A program made the translations under genes and the position numbers. DNA of 64,000 bases from Alphaproteobacteria bacterium (lineage in GTDB: Bacteria > Pseudomonadota > Alphaproteobacteria > MPNO01 > UBA830), in NCBI GenBank assembly GCA_964291215.2, contig OZ219790.1:224001-288000 (forward strand), written 5' to 3'. The notes beneath the pieces are model-generated. The model was not told the origin of the DNA. It was given only the letters and a program-made list of their open reading frames with translations, and did no database searches. Below are positions 34,058 through 43,710 of the stretch, in pieces (the first letter of the stretch is position 1; every line of letters begins with the position of its first letter).

Positions 34058-34480
34058 CTACCGCTCAGCCGGTTCGTGGCTGATCATCCAGTTGATCCCG
34101 AACCGGTCCCTGCACATCCCGAAATAGGCACCCCAGAACATATCCTGCATCGACATCTTGACGGCGCCCCCCTCAGAAAGCTCCGCGAACACCTCGTCTG
34201 AACGCTCCCTGCTCTCGGCGCTGACTGAAATGGCGAAGTTCTCGCCTGCCGCCGGCGGCGGGCCCAATGCCGAGCAACTGTCGCTGCCCATCAGGACTGC
34301 GGATCCGACGGGCAACGAAACATACATGATCCGCTCCTTCTCGGCCTCCGGCACGTCTGTGCCGGGCGGCGCGTCCGCGTAGGTCCGGAGCATGAGGAAG
34401 TCACCGCCGAACACCGAACGGTAGTGCTCGAAGGCCTCCCGGCAGTTTTCTTCGAAGAAGAGATAGGTGTTGAGGGACAT
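34058..34480 (-). CDS. VOC-family (PhnB-like) protein
   Basis: YLFF..NCREAF..Y..VFGG, LMGSD and FWGAYFG..DRFGINW motifs. Confidence 0.88.
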   Translation of the reverse strand: MSLNTYLFFEENCREAFEHYRSVFGGDFLMLRTYADAPPGTDVPEAEKERIMYVSLPVGSAVLMGSDSCSALGPPPAAGENFAISVSAESRERSDEVFAELSEGGAVKMSMQDMFWGAYFGMCRDRFGINWMISHEPAER

Positions 34481-34843
34481 TCGCTTACTCCAGAAGGCCG
34501 GATTTCGGCCATTTCATGGTCACCCGCAACGGACATCGGTTCGCAAACGAGGTGCATCCCGCCGCCAACAGAACCGTGTCCGCGTCCGGCCGACTTCAGC
34601 CGCGAAGCCGCAAACTATCATCCACGGTGCGGGCCAGGAAGCTCTGCCGGAATTCCCAGACGGGCACCGGTTGCGGCGGCACGCGGTCTTCTCGTTTCTG
34701 CCAGCGCAGACCCCGGGATTCGCGCTTCGTGGCGAAATGGAGCCCCCGCGGCTTTCGGCTGACGCCGGCAGCTTGCCAGCAGCTTCACTTGCCTCGTCGT
34801 TTGCGCGATTATGCCTTGAGCAAACAGCTGTTGGAAAAATGCC

Positions 34844-37165
34844 ATGAAATTCGGAATCGGACAGCCCGTTCCGCGCACGGAAGATCCGAAGTTCCTCCGC
34901 GGCGAGGGCCAGTATGTCGACGACATCAGCATTCCCGGCCAGGCGGTCGGATACGTGCTGCGCTCTCCCCATGCCCACGCCAGAATCGCGAGGCTCGACG
35001 CCGCCCGTGCACGCGGGGCGCCCGGCGTCGCTGCGGTTCTCACCGGTGAGGACGCCGAGGCCGACGGCCTTGCCGATATCCATTGCCATGTTCCGCCGAT
35101 GGCCTTCGGCGGCCCCATGACCTTCACCCCGACGTTGCCCATACTTGCACGCGACCGCGTCCGCCATGTCGGCGACCCTGTCGCCTTCGTGGTGGCCGAT
35201 TCGCTCCCGGAAGCGCGCGACGCCGCGGAGTTGATTGAGATCGAATACGAGATCTTGTCTGCTGCCGCCTCGACGCGGGATGCGGTACGGGATGGTGCTC
35301 CGCTCGTTTGGGACGGATCGTCCGGCAACATCTGGTTCGAGATGGAGATGGGTGACCGCGACGCCGCCGACGCCGCATTCACGCGAGCAGCCCATATCGT
35401 GAAGGCGGATCTCCACAACAACCGCATTTCGGCAAACGCCATGGAGCCCCGCGCGTCGCTCGCGCAGTATCATCCGGCAAGCGCCAGTTTCACCATATGG
35501 ATGAGCAGCCAGGGAACGCATCAGCATCGCCCCGCCTTCGCCGAAATCTTCGGAATGCCGGCCGCCGCGTTCCGCATCATCGCCCCGGATGTCGGCGGCG
35601 GCTTCGGAATGAAAAACAACGTCTTTCCGGAGGATGCCCTGTGCGCCTGGGCGGCGCGGCGCCTGCGGCGGCCGGTGAGATGGACGGCGGACCGGTCCGA
35701 AGCGCTGGTGAGCGACACCCATGGCCGCGACGCCGAGTGCGCGGGGGAGATGGCGCTTGACGAGGACGGCCGCATCCTTGCGATCCGCGTCGCCGCCGAC
35801 TACGGCCTCGGCGCGTACCTGTCGGCGTCGGCTCCCGTCTCCGCCTGCATCGGTGCTCTGGTTTATCCGAACGTCTATGCCTACGAGGCGATGCATGTCC
35901 GCCTTCGCGCGGTATTCAGCCACACGACCTGGACGGGGCCCTATCGCGGCGCCGGCCGCCCCGAGGCCATCTATGTCGTCGAACGGCTGCTCGATCTTGC
36001 GGCCGCCGAGATGGGCATGGATCCGGTCGCGCTCCGCCAACGCAACTACGTCACTCCCGATCAGATGCCGTTCACGACCCATGCATCTACGGTCATCGAT
36101 TCGGGTGATTTTCCGGCGCTGACGACGCATGCCGCGAGCATCGCCGATCTCGACGGTTTCGAAGCTCGGCGCAGAGAATCGGCTGTTCGCGGCAGGCTAC
36201 GCGGGCTCGGCGTCTGCTCCTTTATCGATTTCGCCGCGCCGTTCAACGACCGCATGGAAATCCGCTTCGACGAGACCGGCAGCGTAACCGTCGTCGCTGG
36301 AACCCACAGCCATGGTCAGGGGCACCAGACCTCCTACGCGCAGATGATCCATTCGTGGCTCGGAGTGCCCTTCGAACGGATCCGCCTCGTGCAGGGGGAC
36401 AGCGATGCCGTAACCTACGGGCGCGGTACCTATGGCTCGCGCTCGATGACCATCGGCGGATCCGCCCTCAGGATCGCGTCGGACAGGATCATCGAGAAGG
36501 CGCGACGGCTCGCGGCGCACCTATTCGAGGCGGCGGAAGAAGACATCGAGTTCGCGGACGGCATGCTGACCGTCGCCGGCACCGACAAGTCGGCGCATAT
36601 CTGCGACATTGCCGATCACGCTTTCATGCCCATGGGACTCCCCGCCGCGCTTGGCGTCGGCCTGTCGGCCGAGGGTGAATGGACGCCGGAGACGGGGCCC
36701 AACTGGCCGAATGGCACCCATTTCTCGGAGGTCGAGATCGATCCCGAAACCGGCAGTGTCACCCTGGTACGTCATATCGCGGTCAACGATTCCGGCGAGG
36801 TCATCAACCCGCTGCTCCTCAGCGGACAGGTCCACGGGGGCGTGGCCCAGGGAGTCGGCCAAGCGCTCTGCGAGGACGTTACCTATGGCCCGGACGGCCA
36901 GATCCTGACCGGATCTTTCTTGGACTACGCCATGCTCCGGGCCGACGACCTGCCGATGATGGAGACGTTCGATTTCGTGGCGGCCTGCGTCACCAACCCG
37001 CTCGGCGTCAAGGGCGGTGGCGAATCAGGCACGGTGGGTGCGACTGCCGCCGTCGTCAACGCAATCGTGAACGCACTCGCTGACCACGGCGTCTCGGACA
37101 TCGAAATGCCGGCCACTTCCGAGCGCGTCTGGCAGGCAATCCAATCCGCTGGCGCGAACGCCTGA
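34844..37165 (+). CDS. Xanthine dehydrogenase-family molybdopterin-binding large subunit (CoxL form II-like)
   Basis: R.ED..LRG.G.YVDD, DVGGGFG, PYRGAGRPEA, HGQGHQT, GQVHGG..QG.GQAL and KGGGE motifs. Confidence 0.92.
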   Translation: MKFGIGQPVPRTEDPKFLRGEGQYVDDISIPGQAVGYVLRSPHAHARIARLDAARARGAPGVAAVLTGEDAEADGLADIHCHVPPMAFGGPMTFTPTLPILARDRVRHVGDPVAFVVADSLPEARDAAELIEIEYEILSAAASTRDAVRDGAPLVWDGSSGNIWFEMEMGDRDAADAAFTRAAHIVKADLHNNRISANAMEPRASLAQYHPASASFTIWMSSQGTHQHRPAFAEIFGMPAAAFRIIAPDVGGGFGMKNNVFPEDALCAWAARRLRRPVRWTADRSEALVSDTHGRDAECAGEMALDEDGRILAIRVAADYGLGAYLSASAPVSACIGALVYPNVYAYEAMHVRLRAVFSHTTWTGPYRGAGRPEAIYVVERLLDLAAAEMGMDPVALRQRNYVTPDQMPFTTHASTVIDSGDFPALTTHAASIADLDGFEARRRESAVRGRLRGLGVCSFIDFAAPFNDRMEIRFDETGSVTVVAGTHSHGQGHQTSYAQMIHSWLGVPFERIRLVQGDSDAVTYGRGTYGSRSMTIGGSALRIASDRIIEKARRLAAHLFEAAEEDIEFADGMLTVAGTDKSAHICDIADHAFMPMGLPAALGVGLSAEGEWTPETGPNWPNGTHFSEVEIDPETGSVTLVRHIAVNDSGEVINPLLLSGQVHGGVAQGVGQALCEDVTYGPDGQILTGSFLDYAMLRADDLPMMETFDFVAACVTNPLGVKGGGESGTVGATAAVVNAIVNALADHGVSDIEMPATSERVWQAIQSAGANA

Positions 37166-37239
37166 GGGGCTGGCAATACCCACCGCCTCCTCATGCCGGA
37201 AAGCTCTCCGATACGGATCCGGCAGCATCCGGTACCGCT

Positions 37240-37729
37240 CGCGGCCGAGATGGGCCGGACGATTCTCGAGACCGCGCTGGCTGAGGCCGTGCCCTACCCC
37301 CATGGTTGCCGCTCCGGCAATTGCGGCGCCTGTAAATCCCGCCCCTGATTGCGGGCGAGATCGCTTGGCTCGATGAGGGCGAAACCGTCAGCCATCCCAT
37401 TCGGGTCATGATCTGCCGGGTGGCTGAAGCCGGATACATGACCCACGACATCAGGCAGATCCGCCTTGAGGTTACCCTATGTCTTCTCGGCCGGGCAATA
37501 CGCAAGGCTCGCTTTCCCGGACCTTCCGGCCCGCGACTACTCCATGGCGAACACACCCGCGAACCGCTGCTTGAATTTCACGTGAGGCATGTCCCGGGAG
37601 GGATATCCGGCAGCTACGCCTTCGAAAAGCTCTCGGTCGGTGAGGAAGTGCGGGTGGAAGGCCCGTTCGATTCCTCATGGCTTCGCGAAAACCACGAGGG
37701 GCCGATATTCTGCCTAGCTGGGGGGCGGC
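37240..37729 (+). pseudogene. 2Fe-2S ferredoxin / FAD-NAD reductase remnant truncated by IS256
   Basis: TILETAL...YPHGCRSGNCGACKS and EFHVR.VPGG...VEGPF..WLR...CLAGG in different frames. Confidence 0.75.
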
Positions 37730-40262
37730 GGTACTGTAACTTGATGTCTGGAAATTTGTCTGAAGTTTGCGCCTTGAGGCGTTTCACTGGGGGGGGGGGG
37801 GGGCTAGTAGTCTGGCATTATTGGATTGAGGGATATAGTTACTTCAGTTTCGTCCGGGCATCCTTCGTCGTGAAACGCCAGTCGACAGTGACATCGGCCG
37901 CATTGCGGCGCTCGACCCACGCCACGGTCTCCCGCAGCATGGTGTCGCGGTCGGGAATGCGTCGCCGAAGGCATTGCCGCGACAGCGCGCCGATCTCGGC
38001 CATGTTGAGCCAGCTTCCGTGCTTCGGCGTATAGCGAAACTCGAACCGCTTTCGTACCCGCCTCGCCTCTTCGGGCTCGAAGGCTTCATACAGTGACTGT
38101 GCGTGTTCAGATTGTCCAGCACGATCTTCCTGTCGGGGAAATGGTCGTCGGCAAGCTCCCGGATGAAGTGCGCCCAGTCCCGCGGCGGTCGGTGACTTTC
38201 ACCGTGCGCCAGTTCTCGTTGGGCGCAAAGGCCATGAAAAGGTTGGCCGTGCCGTTGCGCTCATATTCATAGTCGACCACCTCCGGCTGACCGGGGGATG
38301 CGGGTTTCCTGCTGCCGGCTGGTCTCGCACACCAGCACCTCGTCCTTGGCAAAGTCCCGCTGATAAGTGTCAAGCACATCCGCCGCTACGAACTGTGCGC
38401 TCCGGTGCGGTGGAATGCACCAGTTCAGCCACGGCTTGATCTCTTTTTTTTAGCGTCTTCCTGACCGTCTCTTCTGAAATGCGCTCGACAATCTCCATCT
38501 CCACCAGACGGCCGGCAAGCAGCTTCAGCGTCCACAGCCCTCGGGCGGGGACGAACAGGGCGATCAGCTTCGCCTCCATCGCCCCGTCCAGCCGTTTTGG
38601 CCGGCGGTTCACCTGCTCCTTGCGGCTGAGGGCGGCGTCCAGCCCCTCCAGGACGCAGCGCTTGCGCAAGCGCTCAATCGTCGCCGTGCCGATGCCCAGC
38701 CCTTGCGCAATGTCGGCATCGACAAGCCGAGCGCCCCCTCGTCGGCCAGCATCAGGACCTGTACCCGGCGCCGACGCCAGGCGGCCCCGGTGCCGTCGAC
38801 GATCGCCTTCAAATCCTGGCGCTCCTGCGTTGAAAGGGTCACGCGGTAGAGCTTCCTGCCCCGAGAGTTGGCCATATGCGCCGCTCCTGTCATTGCGCCG
38901 AAGACCTGCGGGCATGCCCGTTGTCCGGACCTGCACATGGGGCTGCCTGCCTGTTCGGCATCTGTCCGTGTGGATATCGGCACTGTCCGGATTCCAACGA
39001 ACGCCGACACGGAAATACTACCCACAAAAAACCATCAATACAATGCCGGTGGACTACTAGCCCCCCAGTGAAACGCGGCACCATCGTGCTATCCCATGGA
39101 GTTGTAAAACATTCATGGAGGAAGCGAATGGACCTGCGACACACTACGACGATCGGGACTGTTTTGGAACATCTGATCGCAAACGGAGCAACGGATCTGG
39201 GGCGGATCTTTGGTCAGCTCTTCGAGCTTGCGATGCAAATCGAGCGCAAGCAGCACTTGAAAGCGGACCACTACGAACGGACACCGGAGCGACAGGACTA
39301 TGCCAACGGCTACAAGCGGATCGACACCCCCACTGTTACCGTTCAGGTGCCAAAGACGGCCGGTCACGGGGATAACCCGTTCTATCCCCGGTCGCTTGAA
39401 CGCGGCCAGCGATCTTCTCGCGCCGTAGCCGAGATGTACATCAAGGGTGTTTCCACACGGCAGGATGTAATGCGCGAGTTCGGGAGCCTGTCCTCTTCTC
39501 AGGTCAGCCGGGCCACCAGGTTGCTCGACGAAGAACTCGCCGCCTGGCGCAACCGGCCCCTTGGGCTGATGAAATACCTGATCCTGGATGCGCGCTATGA
39601 AAAAGCCCGCCATGACGGCGTTGTGCGCGATGTCGCGGTACTCTCGGCCATCGGAATAGGGGCTGCAGGCATGTTCTGGGGCTCTCTGTGGCGCTCTCCG
39701 AGGCCGAGGTCCATTGGAGAGCCTTCCTGGAAAGCTTGCAAGCCCGTGGCCTGCATGGTACGACCTTCATCGTCTCGGATGCTGGGCTGAAAGCGGCACG
39801 ACGCGCGGTGCAAGGCGCGGCGACGTGGCAGCGCTGCCAGTTCCACTTGGCACAAAACGCCGTGCACCGAACAACGACATCAGGAAACGTATTGGAAAAC
39901 AGCTCGGAGCCATGCCTCCTCACTCCAAACCGCCGAGGCCGAACTGGCCGCCCTCGTGGCCAGCTATCGCGACAAGCATCCAAGCTTCCTGGCTGGAAAA
40001 GAATGCGGGGCTCGCTGTCTTCACCTTGCCCGATGCTCACCGCAAACGTATGCGAACCTCGAACGGCATCGAGCGACCGATCCAGCAAGAGCTCAAGCGG
40101 CGCACCTCCAAAGTCAGGGTCTTTCCGAACCTCGCCTCGTTGGAGCGCCTCTCAACCGCGGTCCTCATCGACGAAAAATGGGAAACCGAAACCAAGGCAT
40201 ACATCAAATGGGAACAGCTCGATCAGCTTCACGACAATTTCCAGACATCAGGTTGCGTAATC
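37730..40262 (+). mobile_element. IS256-family element copy 2, with IS630-A inserted in its hairpin
   Basis: Same IRs and transposase fragments as copy 1. Confidence 0.9.
37807..39057 (-). mobile_element. IS630-family element, type A, copy 2
   Basis: Reverse-complement match to 18743-19958; CTAG at both ends (37804-37807, 39057-39060). Confidence 0.9.
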
Positions 40263-40305
40263 CGGAATAGAAAGTACAGAGCTTTTTCGGCAGCGAGAAA
40301 TAGCA

Positions 40306-41319
40306 ATGGCCAAGCAACTGCGGACAAGGAGGTACACGGCAACCCCAAGCCAAATCGAAGTGAATGTTCGTGCGATTCCACTTCTGCCGCAGGGGGGGTG
40401 GAAAATTTACAGCTTGGACGAATTTCCCATCGTGGGCACAGTCCCGAAAAATTATCTGGCCTACGGTAACCCAAGACTGCCGGGAATCTGTGGTTATATC
40501 GCGAAAAAAGGCCGAATGAAGGACGATGCACGAGAATGTGTCACCGAGGAGATCATTTCCAAAATCGGCGCGATATTGCCCTTAGAAATGGCACATTCAA
40601 AATTGGTACGTCTGTCCAAGTCAGATGTCCGATTCCTCTCCCGGAATTTCGTTAACCGCGGCCGGGAAGAATTGCTCCATGGCACTGAATTGGTAGCACG
40701 ATATTTTGGATCCAATCCCGATGAGGTGGAAACTGTTTTCAATTTGGAAGATAAGAAAGAGGAGAAAGAACTTTACACCGTAAATAACATGTTGACGGTA
40801 TTGAAGGACCTGTTCCCGGACGATGTTGGATATTTAAGAGAAGGCTTTTTCAAAATGATTGCATTTGATGCCTTTATAGGAGCGCCTGATCGCCATGCGA
40901 TGAATTGGGGAGTGCTTGCTCCGCTTGATCCTGCATCCGCACCAGTGCGTTTTTCGCCAATTTTTGATACTGCACGAGGGCTTTTTCGAGAGTGCACAGA
41001 TGCTGATCTGATGCAGAAGGAGCAGCGACAAGGCAGAAAAGAGTTTCTTGCGCACTATGCTGAGCGCTCACGGCCTATATTGAGCACTGGAAAATCGTCA
41101 AAAGAGAACCACTTTGCATTGGTAAAGTGGATTGTGGCGAACTCCGAAGATAGGGATCGCAAGGCCATGCGTACGGTATTCAATGCTGTCGATTTGTCCT
41201 CAATTGAGCATACACTCCAGCGCAATTTTCGGCGCATTATCACGCAATATCGAATGATGTTGATCAGAGACCTGCTTTCATTTCGGGTCGAACGCCTTCT
41301 AAGGGAGAGTAAAAAATGA
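40306..41319 (+). CDS. HipA-like (HipA_C / HipT-type) Ser/Thr kinase
   Basis: G..PK, YIAK, E.IISKIG, FDAFIGAPDRHAMNWG and FSPIFD motifs; visibly lower GC than the host. Confidence 0.82.
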   Translation: MAKQLRTRRYTATPSQIEVNVRAIPLLPQGGWKIYSLDEFPIVGTVPKNYLAYGNPRLPGICGYIAKKGRMKDDARECVTEEIISKIGAILPLEMAHSKLVRLSKSDVRFLSRNFVNRGREELLHGTELVARYFGSNPDEVETVFNLEDKKEEKELYTVNNMLTVLKDLFPDDVGYLREGFFKMIAFDAFIGAPDRHAMNWGVLAPLDPASAPVRFSPIFDTARGLFRECTDADLMQKEQRQGRKEFLAHYAERSRPILSTGKSSKENHFALVKWIVANSEDRDRKAMRTVFNAVDLSSIEHTLQRNFRRIITQYRMMLIRDLLSFRVERLLRESKK

Positions 41320-41723
41320 AGAGAGAGTTTCTTGAAGTTCTTAGCCATGCCAAGGCGTGGGGAATGAGCCTGATCAATGCGTCTCCTACAGCACCGAAAG
41401 AACGAATATTGGAGGTTTATCGCCAAACTATGGTCAAACCGGTTTTAGTGGGGCGCCTTTCCTGTGAACAGGACGAGTACATATTCCGATACGAGCCTAG
41501 CTACACAGGAGAACCCATTTCAGCATTCCCAAGTAAGGGCCATGAATATCGCTCGAAATATCTTTGGCCGTTCTTCGCAATTCGTATTCCGCCGCTTGAT
41601 CGTGAAGATATGCGTAAGGAGATTGCCACCCGTGCCCTGAGAGAAGACCAAATCATCGAGATTCTCGGGTCCGTCGCCAAGGTTTCAGTCTCCAATCCTT
41701 ACGAGTTCAGGCTGGAGTCCTGA
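41316..41723 (+). CDS. HipA N-terminal-domain (HipS-like) protein
   Basis: VGRLS...YIFRY...ISAFP..EYRS..LWPFFAIRIP..R pattern; ATGA overlap with the kinase. Confidence 0.7.
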   Translation: MKREFLEVLSHAKAWGMSLINASPTAPKERILEVYRQTMVKPVLVGRLSCEQDEYIFRYEPSYTGEPISAFPSKGHEYRSKYLWPFFAIRIPPLDREDMRKEIATRALREDQIIEILGSVAKVSVSNPYEFRLES

Positions 41724-41834
41724 TTGCAGGGTTGACATCCCCGCTCACTACTTACCATTAAGCCATCATCTCACACGCAGACAGTTTCTCGGTTACTTGG
41801 GTAGGGAGAACCGGGTTGCCTCGGTCCCCCCGCA

Positions 41835-42322
41835 GTTGCGGTAGGGATGTGCATTGCTGCGCACCCCCCCCCCCCCCCCCCCCCCGCACAGATCCGGACT
41901 TGGACGTTAATCTATCCGGCCTCGGGTGCTTGACGGTAAACCGCTGGTCCGGCCATGGGTGGCGGATGGGCGGCCAAAGAAGCTCGGTCATACGCTCCAT
42001 TCGCTTCCAGTCAAAACGGTGGCGCTGGGAGCGGCGGCGGATCGCTCGCAGCCATAGGCGTTGCAGCCTTTGGCGGAACGTGCGCAGCCATCGGCCCGGA
42101 ACGGCGAAGTAGTTGAACCAGCCTTGACAGACCCGCCCAAGCCACATGCCGACCTTCCATATGTCGTGATGCCGTCGATTGCGAAGCACCTCCTCGATGC
42201 GCGCCAGGGTCCTTGCGACCCGTTTTGCGACCGGCCAAGCCTGAAGCGTCCTCTCCGGGTCTCCGTGCAGAAGTGGGTGAAGCCCAGGAAGTCGAACGTC
42301 CTGCCCGCCCCGCGACACCACC
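41835..42322 (-). mobile_element. Group II intron 3' fragment (maturase end, domains V-VI)
   Basis: TFDFLGFTH, GWFNYFAVP, RRRSQ and HPWPDQRF.VKHPR; DV/DVI ...GTCCGGATCTGTGCGGGG...CCCTACCGCAAC. Confidence 0.85.
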
Positions 42323-42468
42323 CGTTCACATGAACGATCCACAGAAGGCCATCCTATGTTTCCGGTGTTGCGGGTTGAACTGTTTCCTCGCCAGAGAGCT
42401 TGCAGGACGGCGATATTCCCCGAGCGACCGTCTCCGCCTGCCAGCGCCTATAGCCGCTTTTTTCGATA

Positions 42469-43710
42469 GGTACTGTAACTTGATGTCTGGAAATTTGTCT
42501 GAGGTTTGCGCTTTGAGGCGTTTCACTGGGGGGGCTAGCCCCCCAGTGAAACGCGGCGCCATCGTGCTATCCCATGGAGTTGTAAAACCTTCATGGAGGA
42601 AGCGAATGGACCTGCGACACACTACGACGATTGAGGCCGTTTTGGAACATCTGATCGCAGACGGAGCAACGGATCTGGGGCGGATCTTTGGTCAGCTCTT
42701 CGAGCTTGCGATGCAAATCGAGCGCGAGCAGCACTTGAAAGCGGGCCACCGGACACCGGAGCGACAGGGCTATGCCAACGGCTACAAACGGATCGACACC
42801 CCCACTGTTACCGTTCAGGTGCCAAAGACGGCCGGTCACGGGGACGCCCCCCCCAGTCGCTTGAACGCGGCCAGCGATCTTCTCGCGCCGTAGCCGAGAT
42901 GTACATCAAGGGTGTTTCCACGAGGCAGGATGTAATGCGTGAGTTCGGGAGCCTGTCCTCTTCTCAGGTCAGCCGGGCCACCAGGTTGCTCGATGAAGAA
43001 CTCGCCGCGCAACCGGCCCCTGATGAAATACCTGGATGCGCGCTATGAAAAAGCCCGCCATGACGGCGTTGTGCGCGATGTCGCAGTGCTCTCGGCCATC
43101 GGAATAGGGGCTGCAGGCACGTTCTGGGGCTCTCTGTGGCGCTCTCCGAGGCCGAGGTCCATTGGAGAGCCTTCCTGGAAAGCTTGCTAGCCCTGCATGG
43201 TACGACCTTCATCGTCTCGGATGCCGGGTTGAAAGCGGCACGACGCGCGGTGCTGGGCGCGGCGATGTGGCAGCGCTGCCAGTTCCACCTGGCGCAAAAC
43301 GCCGTGCACCGAACAACGACATCAGGAAACGTATTGGAAAACAGCTCGGAGCCACGCCTCCTCACTCCAAACCGCCGAGGCTGAACTGGCCGCCCTCGTG
43401 GCCAGCTATCGCGACAAGCATCCAGGCTTCCTGGCTGGAAAACAATGCGGGGCTCGCTGTCTTCACCTTGCCCGATGCTCACCGCAAGCGCATGCGAACC
43501 TCGAACGGCATCGAGCGACCGATCCAGCAAGAGCTCAAGCGGCGCACCTCCAAAGTCAGGGTCTTTCCAAACCTCGCCTCGTTGGAGCGCCTCTCAACCG
43601 CGGTCCTCATCGACGAAAAATGGGAAACCGAAACCAAGGCATACATCAAATGGGAACAGCTCGATGACTGAGAGCTTCACGACAATTTCCAGACATCAGG
43701 TTGCGTAATC
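42469..43710 (+). mobile_element. IS256-family element copy 3 (uninterrupted but frameshifted)
   Basis: Both IRs present; internal hairpin GCGTTTCACTGGGGGG-CTAG-CCCCCCAGTGAAACGC is intact. Confidence 0.9.

Noticed and set aside
34844-37165. Aerobic CO dehydrogenase (form I)
   Set aside because: It lacks the AYxCSFR motif and has PYRGAGR instead.
41864-41885. C22 tract as a phase-variation or G-quadruplex element
   Set aside because: The equivalent intron position at 54051 has C6, so a homopolymer error is likely.
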